DNA from: Spirochaetia bacterium
GTDB taxonomy: Bacteria > Spirochaetota > Spirochaetia > UBA9216
Reading direction: 5' to 3'
Assembly: GCA_963675665.1 (NCBI GenBank)
Contig: OY776510.1
Span: 2,880,001-2,944,000 of the forward strand
DNA length: 64,000 nucleotides
Positions 48,834 through 58,112 of the stretch are shown here, piece by piece. The position numbers and the translations under genes are program-made. How positions within the stretch are numbered: position 1 is the first letter of the stretch; each line of letters begins with the position of its first letter. The notes under the pieces were generated by a model. The model saw nothing but the letters and a program-made list of their open reading frames with translations, did no database searches and was not told the DNA's origin.

Positions 48834-48862
48834 TTGACATTTAAGTAAAGTGCCAATAGGAT
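48834..48862 (+). promoter_or_regulatory. Sigma70-type promoter
   Basis: TTGACA-N17-TAGGAT 11 nt before the riboswitch. Confidence 0.75.
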
Positions 48863-48873
48863 AAATTACATTA

Positions 48874-48968
48874 CTCCGAACCTTTAATTCCTAAAGCTTT
48901 TTATAGCCATGGATAAAGGTCGCTGGGTACGATGGGAAACGATCGTGCCTTCCGTGTTTGAAAAGGAG
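48874..48968 (+). ncRNA. Moco/Tuco riboswitch (variant lacking P3)
   Basis: ctcc..ggag P1; acctttaattcc-taaagc..agccat-ggataaaggt P2; gtacgat-gggaaacg-atcgtgc P4; 'gccttccgtgtttgaaaaggag' matches the Moco-motif 3' consensus. Confidence 0.8.
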
Positions 48969-49176
48969 GATCTGAAAACATTTCTCATGTTAAATAAAAC
49001 AATCTTGTTTTAAATCTCGTTATAAATTTATCCTGCAAGCGAAATGTCATTGATCCGGGATGTCTGAAAAAAACGGAAGGCTGTTAAATCTTTTCCAGTA
49101 ACAAAATGCTCCTCACTGCCTTGCTTTACTTTACAGCAGGTGTTTTTTTATCAGGAATTTTGTCCCGGAGGTTTTT

Positions 49177-50487
49177 ATGTCATTGTATCGAAAGTATTTG
49201 CCCGAACTGAAGAGTACCACTCTGTTTCAGTCTATTGAAGATGAAGAACTGATTGCGTTACTGGAGGTAATGCATCCTGAAATTGTGTGCCGTAAGGCAG
49301 GAGAACGTGGAATGCCGCCTATTGATATGGAGAACGGTCTGTTCTGTTTTGTCCTTAAAGGAAAACCCCTGGATGAACTGGAACCAAGGCTGGATGCATA
49401 TAACATGCCAGGACCTGCCGAACCCGGAATGATGATGGGCGAGATTCCCTGCCTGTCGGAAATGCGCAAAAGCAGGGCTCCGAGAATAAAAATGAAAGGC
49501 CCTCCTCACGGCGGTCCTAAAAATGAAGAGTTTGATTTATATATGCTCCGGATGAGCGGCGAGATGTTAACCGGATTCTACGGCAGCCGATACAGCAAGG
49601 CACAGGGGATTATGCTCCGTAACTTTTTAGGCATTCTCGCCCAGAAGGTTACCGATGTCCGAAAGGAAAAGGCGGAAACTGTCGCTGCTTTTGAAGCGGA
49701 GCTTGCTCCATATCGTCTGATTGTTTCCTGTGCCGGCGTATCAATGCGGCTTGTCAAAGCCGCAGCCGGAGAGTGGAACAGGATTCACCCGGAGCTGCCG
49801 GCCGTAGTTAATCCCGGCGGTTCAGTCGATCTGATTCGTAATTTTATTAATGGTGAACCCTGTGATCTTTTAATTTCAGCTGATGATGAAATCATGCGTT
49901 CGATGCTGCTACCCGAATACATTGACGGATACCGAATATGGGCTGGTAATAAAATGGTTGTAACCGGCGAAGATATCAATACGGGGAACTGGGAGGAGAA
50001 ACTTCTTGCTGAAGATGCAACCTTCAAACACAGGAACCCGTATGGTGATCCGGGAGGTTACCGCGCTGTTATGGCAATGTTGCTGGCTGACGCATATAAG
50101 CCGGGTCTTTCTGCTCGTCTTATGAATCATCCGGGCCATATCGGTATGGAAAAAGATCCGGGGCCGTTCGGCAATATGAAACCGGCAAAATATGAATTTA
50201 CCTACTTTTCAGGAGCAAAGGCCTCCGGCTGTAATTTTGCTGAATTGCCGCCGGTAATGGATCTTTCTGATCCCGAACTGGCCGGTGAATATGCCAAAGT
50301 CAGTTTTGCCGTAGACGATAAAAACAGTGTAACAGCGACGCCTGTTTCTCATGCACTGACAATTCCAGGGACTGCGCTTCACAAGGAGGCAGCAAAAGAA
50401 TTTGCCGGACTGTTCCTGGCTGTTGACAAGGAACCCGAGGGTTTCCTGCGTCGCGACGGCATTGTCGGCGAAGACCCTCTTAAATAA
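49177..50487 (+). CDS. Fusion of Crp/Fnr-like N-terminal domain and WtpA/ModA-like oxyanion-binding domain, no signal peptide
   Basis: N-term 'LKSTTLFQSIEDEEL..LL...GE...MGE...LRNFLGILAQK'; C-term 'GGSVDLIR..DLLISAD', 'NP.GDPGGYRAVM...LA', 'LP..MDL', 'LTIP'. Confidence 0.7.
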   Translation: MSLYRKYLPELKSTTLFQSIEDEELIALLEVMHPEIVCRKAGERGMPPIDMENGLFCFVLKGKPLDELEPRLDAYNMPGPAEPGMMMGEIPCLSEMRKSRAPRIKMKGPPHGGPKNEEFDLYMLRMSGEMLTGFYGSRYSKAQGIMLRNFLGILAQKVTDVRKEKAETVAAFEAELAPYRLIVSCAGVSMRLVKAAAGEWNRIHPELPAVVNPGGSVDLIRNFINGEPCDLLISADDEIMRSMLLPEYIDGYRIWAGNKMVVTGEDINTGNWEEKLLAEDATFKHRNPYGDPGGYRAVMAMLLADAYKPGLSARLMNHPGHIGMEKDPGPFGNMKPAKYEFTYFSGAKASGCNFAELPPVMDLSDPELAGEYAKVSFAVDDKNSVTATPVSHALTIPGTALHKEAAKEFAGLFLAVDKEPEGFLRRDGIVGEDPLK

Positions 50488-50507
50488 ATTATATAAGGAG
50501 TAAAAAA

Positions 50508-51647
50508 ATGAAAAAACTAATTACAATCTTACTGTTGACGCTTTGCCTTGCGGTACCGCTGATTGCGGCCGGTCAGACTGAAAGTCCAGCAACGGAAGCA
50601 GTCGGGGAGACCTTTGTCGAACAGGCGGAAAGAAGTGTTACTGTTACTGATATGAGCGGCGACACCGTTACGGTTGTCGGAGAAATTAAGAAAATAGTCA
50701 ACCTGTGGCCGGCAGGAACTTCTTCTTTTTTTGTCATGGGCGCGGGCGATTTAATAGTCGGTCTTGCCGTAAACAAACCCGGTACAATGAATTCCTGGAC
50801 GCAGCTGTTTTATCCCGATTGCGTCAATATTCCCGCTCTCGGCGGTGTTACCCCCTCTGTTGAAGATATCATCAAGCTGAACCCGGACCTGGTTATAATT
50901 CATCCGACTACCGCAAAAGCCGGTTTTGCAGAACAGATTCGCGGTGTTGGAATTCCGGCTATCAATATCAATTTCAGCGACTATAAAACAATGATGCAGG
51001 CTTACACTGTTCTCGGAGAAGTTCTCGGAGGAGAATATCAGGAAAGATTAAGTACCTGGTGTAATGCTGTAGAAAACAAACTGGCAAATGTAAGAAGGCT
51101 GACAGCAGGTATTGATCAAGCGGACAGGCCGGTTGTTTATTATATTTCCGGCCAGACTGATTCGCTGACCGCGACCATGTCTGCCGACAGTATTATTAGC
51201 GATTGGGTTGAGTCTACCGGCGGAGTTTACGCAGCCGGGCTTATGTCGATACCTGCAAAGGAAATGACGGCAGAAGCGGTTTTCAGTCTTAATCCTGATG
51301 TGATCGTTTGCGGAGGGGTATATCAGCATATTGAGAAGAATGCCCTTGAAACTTCGGAAGGCTGGAAAGAATTGAATGCAGTAGTAAACAATAGGGTCCA
51401 CAACAATCCCTACGGCTGTTTTAACTGGGACCGTTTCGGCCTTGAAAGTCAGTTGCAGATTAATTATGCACTTATGAGTATTCAACCAGAGATAGCAAAA
51501 GCAAACGGAATCACAAAAGAATCGATGATCGAAGAAATTATTGAATTCTACAGGACTTACACTGATTATGAATTAACCCTGATCCAGGCTGAGAATATGC
51601 TTGGCGGCCTGCGCTTCGACGGCACAGCTGAAATTCCTGTTCAGTAA
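50508..51647 (+). CDS. Class III (BtuF/FhuD/MolA-like) ABC substrate-binding protein
   Basis: Spirochaete-type signal 'LIAAGQTE', 'VTDMSG..V', 'SVEDIIKLNPDLV', 'W.ELNAV.N.RVH'. Confidence 0.88.
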   Translation: MKKLITILLLTLCLAVPLIAAGQTESPATEAVGETFVEQAERSVTVTDMSGDTVTVVGEIKKIVNLWPAGTSSFFVMGAGDLIVGLAVNKPGTMNSWTQLFYPDCVNIPALGGVTPSVEDIIKLNPDLVIIHPTTAKAGFAEQIRGVGIPAININFSDYKTMMQAYTVLGEVLGGEYQERLSTWCNAVENKLANVRRLTAGIDQADRPVVYYISGQTDSLTATMSADSIISDWVESTGGVYAAGLMSIPAKEMTAEAVFSLNPDVIVCGGVYQHIEKNALETSEGWKELNAVVNNRVHNNPYGCFNWDRFGLESQLQINYALMSIQPEIAKANGITKESMIEEIIEFYRTYTDYELTLIQAENMLGGLRFDGTAEIPVQ

Positions 51648-51656
51648 TCATTTTTT

Positions 51657-52745
51657 ATGATGCAGACCGATCGCAGAAGCAACAGCCTTTCCGCAGATGG
51701 CGGAAAGGTCGTCTTTCATAAGAAGCAATTAGCCAGTACTTTTACATTTACAGGCATTCTTATCCTGTCTGTAATTCTGTTATTCGTTGTTTTTACGGCA
51801 TCTCTGGCAATCGGCAGGTTCGGAGTTCCTTTCGGCTGTACATTAAGAATCCTGTTTTCAAAGATATTTACTGTCGAACGGGTTTGGAACAATATAGAAG
51901 AGGCAGTGGTAATGGACCTCCGGTTGCCGCGAACAACAGCCGCAATCATAATAGGAGCATCGCTGGCTCTCTCCGGGGCAACATATCAGAGTATTTTCAA
52001 AAATCCCATGGTATCGCCCGACCTGCTTGGTGTATCTTCAGGCGCCTGTGTGGGCGCGGCTCTGGCAATCCTGATGAGTGCCGGAAGCGCTGTAATTCAA
52101 GTCGGAGCTTTTGCGGGCGGTTTGCTTGCAGTAGCTGTAACGGTTACAATCCCGACATTGATTCGCAACAGTTCCACCACTGTTCTGGTCCTCTCCGGAA
52201 TCGTTATCAGCAGTCTGATGTCCTCAATCATGAGTATAATCAAGTTTGTGGCAGATACGGATACGCAATTGGCGGAAATTACCTACTGGCTGATGGGTTC
52301 GTTTGCATCAATTACTTTTACCCAGATGCTGCCTGTTCTGCCTGCCATTCTTGTTCCGGCAGTTATCATACTGCTAATGCGTTACAGGCTGAATGTGCTT
52401 TCGCTCGGCGATAAAGAAGCAAGATCGCTTGGAGTAAATCTTAGGACAACGCGGGGAATGTTCATTCTTTGTTCAACACTGATAACCGCCGGCTGCGTAT
52501 GCCTGTCCGGAACAATCGGATGGGTGGGCCTTATTATTCCACATACGGCGCGAATGATAATAGGTTCTGACAATAAAAAGATGCTCCCTGTTGCGATGAT
52601 TTTCGGAGGAATCTTCATGCTGATTATAGATATTCTTTGCAGAACGATAACCTCAGCTGAATTAAGGCTGGGTATTCTGACTGGAGTAATCGGCGCTCCG
52701 TTTTTTATTTTTATCCTTTTTAAGCAAAAGAAGCAAATAAAATGA
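51657..52745 (+). CDS. FecCD/BtuC-family (MolB-like) ABC permease
   Basis: 'LRLPR', 'FKNPMVSPDLLGVSSGA', 'GTIGWVGLIIPH..R', 'GAPFF'. Confidence 0.92.
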   Translation: MMQTDRRSNSLSADGGKVVFHKKQLASTFTFTGILILSVILLFVVFTASLAIGRFGVPFGCTLRILFSKIFTVERVWNNIEEAVVMDLRLPRTTAAIIIGASLALSGATYQSIFKNPMVSPDLLGVSSGACVGAALAILMSAGSAVIQVGAFAGGLLAVAVTVTIPTLIRNSSTTVLVLSGIVISSLMSSIMSIIKFVADTDTQLAEITYWLMGSFASITFTQMLPVLPAILVPAVIILLMRYRLNVLSLGDKEARSLGVNLRTTRGMFILCSTLITAGCVCLSGTIGWVGLIIPHTARMIIGSDNKKMLPVAMIFGGIFMLIIDILCRTITSAELRLGILTGVIGAPFFIFILFKQKKQIK

Positions 52746-53512
52746 TATTAGAAGTAAATAAACTGAGTTTTCATTATCATAACAGCCGTATGATTTTTCA
52801 AGACGTAGGATTCAGCGTAAACAAGGGAGAAGTACTGACGATTCTCGGAACAAACGGAGCCGGCAAATCAACACTTCTCAACTGCATTGCCAATCTCAGC
52901 AAACCGCAAACCGGAGAGATCCTGCTTGACGGGCAGCCGATGTCAAAGATGCATATTCGTGATGTTGCGCAGATTATCGGATACGTGCCGCAGATCCACA
53001 CTCCGGCATACGGCTATTCAGTGCAGGAGTATGTTGTTATGGGCCGTACACCGTATATAGGCGCTTTTTCATCGCCTGGTGCCGGGGATTACAAAATTGC
53101 CGATGAAGCGTTGGAGCGGATGGGAATTGTGCATCTTCGGGATAAACTGTATACGGAAATTTCAGGCGGGGAGCGTCAACAGGTTCTGATTGCCCGGGTA
53201 TTTGCTCAGAAACCGCAATTAATCCTCCTGGACGAACCGACGGCTCACCTGGATTACGGAAACCAGTATCGTGTAGTACAGATGATCCGAATGCTTGCTG
53301 AAGAAGGGTACGCGATGATAATGACTACTCATAACCCTGAGCACGCTTTCATTCTCAACGGAAAGGTCGCAATTCTCAATCGTGAAGGCGTTTTAGGGGT
53401 CGGCCGTGCAGTGGAAACCCTAAACGCGGAAACACTTTCGAATCTTTATGAGCTGTCAATAAAAACGATATACGACGACGATGCGAAACGTAATATCTGT
53501 ATTGTTTTTTAA
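52742..53512 (+). CDS. ABC ATP-binding protein (FecE/MolC-like)
   Basis: GTNGAGKS, ISGGERQ, LLDEPTAHLD. Confidence 0.92.
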   Translation: MILEVNKLSFHYHNSRMIFQDVGFSVNKGEVLTILGTNGAGKSTLLNCIANLSKPQTGEILLDGQPMSKMHIRDVAQIIGYVPQIHTPAYGYSVQEYVVMGRTPYIGAFSSPGAGDYKIADEALERMGIVHLRDKLYTEISGGERQQVLIARVFAQKPQLILLDEPTAHLDYGNQYRVVQMIRMLAEEGYAMIMTTHNPEHAFILNGKVAILNREGVLGVGRAVETLNAETLSNLYELSIKTIYDDDAKRNICIVF

Positions 53513-53577
53513 CATTATCTTTACAACATAAAAACTAAATATTAATATTCACCAATAAAAAAATAAAAGGAGCTAAA

Positions 53578-54405
53578 ATGAAATTTAAAATCTCTGTATT
53601 GGCTGCGGCCATTATTTTTATCATTATACTTTTGAGTTGCACAACAAATTCCGGATTGACAGTAAAAAAAACCGGAGCACTGTTTAAAAAACCCGAATGT
53701 GTTGTTTTTGATGAGCAAAACCAATGTTTATATATAAGTAATATCAACGGATCCCCGTCAAAAAAAGACGGCAATGGTTTTATTTCAAAGACTTCAACGG
53801 AAGGGGAGATTATAGAGCAGGAATGGATTGACGGACTTGATGCACCAAAAGGCATGTTTATAAAGGACGAGATTCTTTATTGTACGGATATTAATAATTT
53901 AGTATTGATTGATATTACGATTGGCGAAATCGTTAAAAAAACAGAAATTCCCGGCTCGCTTTTTCTTAATGATTTGGTAGTTACTAATGATAAAACTATT
54001 ATCATAACAGATTCAAAAAAAGATTCAGTGTTTAAAGTTGATGATCAGAAAATCAGTATGTCGAACGTAAAACTTAAAGGTGCAAACGGTATTTATTATG
54101 ATGGGGAAAATATATATTTGGGTGCAAATGGAGATATTAATATATACAACCAGGAAACCGATTCAATAGAAGTTTTTCAGGCGGGTGTCGGAAATGTCGA
54201 CGGAATTATAGTAACAAAGAGCTGTGTTTTATTTACAAATTATTTTAACAGGTTTTCCGAAATTGAAAATAATAAAACTGTTGATATAGACAAGGGCATT
54301 CCATTTATCGACTGCAGAACGGACTTTTGTCAATTGACGGATGGTACTGTTGTTATCCCGGATTTCGATTCCAGATTGTTTTTTTATGAGAAGGTGTTAA
54401 GATAA
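53578..54405 (+). CDS. Beta-propeller lipoprotein (SMP-30/gluconolactonase-like)
   Basis: Lipobox 'LLSC', 'PE', 'YISNING...KDGNGFISK', 'GLDAPKGM', 'FLND'. Confidence 0.75.
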   Translation: MKFKISVLAAAIIFIIILLSCTTNSGLTVKKTGALFKKPECVVFDEQNQCLYISNINGSPSKKDGNGFISKTSTEGEIIEQEWIDGLDAPKGMFIKDEILYCTDINNLVLIDITIGEIVKKTEIPGSLFLNDLVVTNDKTIIITDSKKDSVFKVDDQKISMSNVKLKGANGIYYDGENIYLGANGDINIYNQETDSIEVFQAGVGNVDGIIVTKSCVLFTNYFNRFSEIENNKTVDIDKGIPFIDCRTDFCQLTDGTVVIPDFDSRLFFYEKVLR

Positions 54406-54471
54406 TTAAACCAACAGGGAATTATCCTGATAAAATAATGTTTTAAGCAGTAACTTGTAAGGAAGAAGTTT

Positions 54472-54996
54472 GTGAATGATTTACAGGTATTGGGGCTTTC
54501 CGGAGATTTTACAATAATAACACTGAAAAAAGCCTTTCGGCAAAAGTCCAAACAGTTTCATCCGGACAGGAATAATGACAATTTAAAAAGCCACCTGGCC
54601 ATGATCAGGGTGAACCAGGCCTACTCGAATCTAATGAAGACTTTAAACGAAAAAAACAGCAAGGATAATACTGAAAAGAGTTTTGATCCTTATTCAATAT
54701 ATAAAGAAGGAATAATGAGATTTCAGTCAATTCACCCTTCCAGATGGAAAACAATAAGCAAAACAGCTCTGTTTAATGCTGATGCTGTTGAAACACATCC
54801 TGAAACAACCGGGATTCTGAGAGTATTAATAAATGATATGGCTAAAGCTTATCATAGCTTTTCAATCATTGCCAATGAGTATCCGGCCAGCTGCTGGGCT
54901 CAAGACGCCGAAAACAAGCTCAGAGAGATTGAAAAAATGACTGAAAGATATAGAAAAATACTGGATTCATATCAGAGAGAAATGAATTTCAATTAA
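54472..54996 (+). CDS. J-domain protein
   Basis: 'LKKAFRQKSKQFHPDRN...MIRVNQAY'. Confidence 0.8.
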   Translation: MNDLQVLGLSGDFTIITLKKAFRQKSKQFHPDRNNDNLKSHLAMIRVNQAYSNLMKTLNEKNSKDNTEKSFDPYSIYKEGIMRFQSIHPSRWKTISKTALFNADAVETHPETTGILRVLINDMAKAYHSFSIIANEYPASCWAQDAENKLREIEKMTERYRKILDSYQREMNFN

Positions 54997-55001
54997 CCAA
55001 T

Positions 55002-55165
55002 GGGGACTTCTAAAAACTGCAGTTTTATAAAACTTTAGTTTTCGAAGCCTTCCTTAGATGTATTGGATGCTTACTTATTAACTGATAAGGAAATAAGTAA
55101 ACTCCCGGAAACACAATGTGTTTCAAACCTCTGATAAACCCAATTTAGGGTTATTAGAGGTGCCC
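55002..55165. mobile_element. 164-bp MITE with imperfect 16-bp terminal inverted repeats and 4-bp CAAT target duplication
   Basis: Left ggggacttctaaaaac vs right (revcomp) gggcacctctaataac, 13/16 identical; CAAT at 54998-55001 and 55166-55169. Confidence 0.75.
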
Positions 55166-55191
55166 CAATTATTTTTTATACGGAGGGAAAA

Positions 55192-55530
55192 ATGAAAGAC
55201 GAATTATTTATTCTGTGGACAAACGACAATCCGATAGTGTCTGAAAAAATGGTCTGCATGTATGCCCATAATGCAGTTAAAAAAAAGTGGTGGGATGAAG
55301 TAACCATAATTATCTGGGGGGCCACGGCAAAATATGCGGCAACAGACAAGAATATCAGAAACCGGATAACCGGGATGCAGAGCGATGGAGTTAAATTTTC
55401 AGCCTGTATTTCATGTGCCGAGCAGTTAGGTGTCTGCGATGAACTTGCAGAAATCGGAATTGAGCTAAAAAAATGGGGAGAACCTTTAACTGAAATAATT
55501 AAAAAAGGCAAAAAACTCATAACTGTATAA
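55192..55530 (+). CDS. DsrE family protein
   Basis: 'MYAHNA.KKKWWDEVTIIIWGA', 'ACISCA'. Confidence 0.82.
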   Translation: MKDELFILWTNDNPIVSEKMVCMYAHNAVKKKWWDEVTIIIWGATAKYAATDKNIRNRITGMQSDGVKFSACISCAEQLGVCDELAEIGIELKKWGEPLTEIIKKGKKLITV

Positions 55531-55531
55531 A

Positions 55532-56512
55532 ATGAAAGATGACGCAAAGAAAACAATAAGATCATTAAAAGAAATAAATAATTTTCCTTTTTATACAGCA
55601 ACATACTATGGGAATTACAGAATTGATGAATACATGCAGGGTGCTGTAGATTCTCCCGATGCGGTAATTCCTTTCTTTGAGGATTTGCTAAAAAATATAG
55701 GCGCCCCTTTTAAACTCTCTTTTCACCGTCCTCCTTCCGGGCAGCCCGGTTGCAGTGCTTTTTATTGCAAAACAGTTGCCGGTGATGCTGTAGTAGGCAA
55801 AAATCTTGATTGGATGCAGGCTCCTGTTCTTCTGCTGAGAACCAGGCCGGTTGGCGGATTAGAATCGCTTTCAATGGTAAACCTCAATTTTTGTGACTTT
55901 TTCAATACGGGATCTTTCAAGTATAAATTGCTGCTGTCGCCCTATGTGCCGCTTGACGGTATAAATAAAAGCGGTTTGGTTGTTTCGATGCTCTCGGTTG
56001 AAAAAGGAGCTGAATACCCGGTCAAGCCGGGCCGAATCATGGTTGGAGATTTTAATATTATCAGAATAATCCTGGATTCATGTAATGACGTTGGAGAAGC
56101 GGTGGATGTATTTAAGAAATACAATCTGATGATGACGGGAATGCTGTCGTTACATTACCTGATTGCCGATAAAAATAGATCATGTATTGTTGAATTTACA
56201 AACGGCGAAATGAATATTGAAGAAAACAAACAGGTCAACTATTTAACAAATTTCATTAAACTGAAGAATGATTCTCTTGAGACGGAAAAACGTAATTGTG
56301 ATCGTTATTGTAAAATTGAAAAAACATTAATTGAAAACAATAATCATCTGAATACCAGGCAGGCAGCAACATTATTAAAAGAAGTTTCAGTTTTTCAGCC
56401 GGAATATAAAATACCAAGTACGATCTGGTCCATTGTTTATGATATTAATTCGCTGAATATGAAAATACGAACAGGCTGTGAACCAAAACAATATTCTGTT
56501 AAACTAAGCTGA
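55532..56512 (+). CDS. Ntn hydrolase (choloylglycine hydrolase/C45-like)
   Basis: 'GCSAF' nucleophile, 'GKNLDW', 'PLDGINKSGL', 'HYLIAD', 'TNF', 'TIWS.VYD'. Confidence 0.8.
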   Translation: MKDDAKKTIRSLKEINNFPFYTATYYGNYRIDEYMQGAVDSPDAVIPFFEDLLKNIGAPFKLSFHRPPSGQPGCSAFYCKTVAGDAVVGKNLDWMQAPVLLLRTRPVGGLESLSMVNLNFCDFFNTGSFKYKLLLSPYVPLDGINKSGLVVSMLSVEKGAEYPVKPGRIMVGDFNIIRIILDSCNDVGEAVDVFKKYNLMMTGMLSLHYLIADKNRSCIVEFTNGEMNIEENKQVNYLTNFIKLKNDSLETEKRNCDRYCKIEKTLIENNNHLNTRQAATLLKEVSVFQPEYKIPSTIWSIVYDINSLNMKIRTGCEPKQYSVKLS

Positions 56513-56624
56513 GAAAGATTTCATTGATAGAATTTTAGATAAGCATTAGAATTAAAACTCAAAATGTCCTCTTGCCGAATATTTCTCTATTTTGTGCTTT
56601 AGCGGCAGGGACGGGGAGAAACAA

Positions 56625-58097
56625 ATGTTAAATTATTCCGGTTATGATGCGGTCGGGCTTTCAGAGCTTATAAGGAAGGGAGAAATCTCTGCCGTTGAAG
56701 CGACCGAGGCTGCGATCAGTAATATTCAAAGAATTAACCCGGTTTTGAATGCCGTAATATTCAAAGAGTATGAGAAGGCTGTTAAAACTGCCAGAATGCT
56801 TGACAAGTGGGATTCGCGGCTTGAAAAAAGCAGCTTATACGGTGTGCCTTTTCTGATTAAAAACCTGGTTGCTGATTGTAAGGGAATTCCTTTCAGCGAT
56901 GGATCTCGGGCAGTGCACGGCTTTGAATCCAGTGTTGATGCTGAGTTGATCAGAAGGCAGAAAGAAGCCGGTCTGATTGTTTTGGGCAGAAGTAATGCGT
57001 CGGAGTTCGGAGTTATGCCGACTACCGAGCCGGATATGTACGGACCAACTCTCAATCCGTGGAATACCGAATATACCGCGGGTGGTTCCAGCGGCGGTTC
57101 AGCGGCTGCTGTTGCGTCCGGAATGGTTCCGGTAGCCCATGGAAACGACGGTGGGGGATCGTTGCGGATACCGGCTTCCTGCTGCGGAATTTTCACTCTA
57201 AAACCTTCACGTGCACGCAACCCCCTGGGGCCTGTGTTCGGGGATCTTTCCGGAGGGATTGTATGTGAACATTGTCTTTCACGCAGCGTAAGGGATTCTG
57301 CCGCCATGCTTGATATCACCTCGGGACCGGAACCCGGAGATCCATATTGTGCTCCTGAATTCAGCGGATCATACCTGCAGGAAACCGGGAAAGATCCGGG
57401 GAAATTGAAAATCGGTATACTGTCAGAAGTTCCTGAAGGCTGGGGTAATGACGCCGGGCTGCACAGAGATTGTCTTGAAGCCGTAAATGATGCGGCAGGG
57501 CTATGCATGGAACTTGGGCATACTGTTGAGGAAATCAGATCCGCAGAATTGTCGTGGCCGGACCTTCCCAAAACATTTATAGATGTTTTCAGCTGTTTTG
57601 TCGGTCATGAGATTGAATACTGGCAGCGCCAGCTTAACAGGAAGATCTCCGAAAACGAACTTGAGCCTGCAACCTGGAACCTTTACCGGGCCGGAAAAGC
57701 CATCAGCGGCGCTGATTACCTCTCCGCATGGGAAAATCTTCAGCTTTTTACCCGGAAGACAGCACGCTGGTATATCGACGGCGAATGGGACTTGATTCTT
57801 TCGCCGGTGATGTGCGTACCGCCTCTGAAGACAGGTTCGTTTAAACCGGACCCTGATGCTCCCGACAAGTGGTTGGAAAATGCGCAGGCTTTTGTAGGTT
57901 TGACGCGTGTGCAGAACATAACCGGTCAGCCTGCCGTATCTGTTCCGCTGTTCTGGAATAACGACGGACTTCCGATAGGCGTTCAGTTTGCAGGCCGTTT
58001 TGGAAGTGAAGCTGGTCTTTTCAGGTTATCAGCACAGCTTGAAAAAGCCCGTCCGTGGTTTAAACGCACGCCGTCGGTTTTTGCTGAAGAGCAGTAG
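56625..58097 (+). CDS. Amidase-signature family enzyme
   Basis: 'GGSSGGSAAAVA', 'GNDGGGSLRIPAS', 'GLPIGVQ'. Confidence 0.92.
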   Translation: MLNYSGYDAVGLSELIRKGEISAVEATEAAISNIQRINPVLNAVIFKEYEKAVKTARMLDKWDSRLEKSSLYGVPFLIKNLVADCKGIPFSDGSRAVHGFESSVDAELIRRQKEAGLIVLGRSNASEFGVMPTTEPDMYGPTLNPWNTEYTAGGSSGGSAAAVASGMVPVAHGNDGGGSLRIPASCCGIFTLKPSRARNPLGPVFGDLSGGIVCEHCLSRSVRDSAAMLDITSGPEPGDPYCAPEFSGSYLQETGKDPGKLKIGILSEVPEGWGNDAGLHRDCLEAVNDAAGLCMELGHTVEEIRSAELSWPDLPKTFIDVFSCFVGHEIEYWQRQLNRKISENELEPATWNLYRAGKAISGADYLSAWENLQLFTRKTARWYIDGEWDLILSPVMCVPPLKTGSFKPDPDAPDKWLENAQAFVGLTRVQNITGQPAVSVPLFWNNDGLPIGVQFAGRFGSEAGLFRLSAQLEKARPWFKRTPSVFAEEQ

Positions 58098-58112
58098 CAC
58101 AGGAAAGCTAAA

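Noticed and set aside
2563-57571. Long antisense and alternate-frame ORFs (e.g. 2563-3303, 5056-5814, 8086-8829, 40974-41756, 56726-57571)
   Set aside because: They are shadows of well-supported genes on the other strand or frame, with no recognisable motifs.
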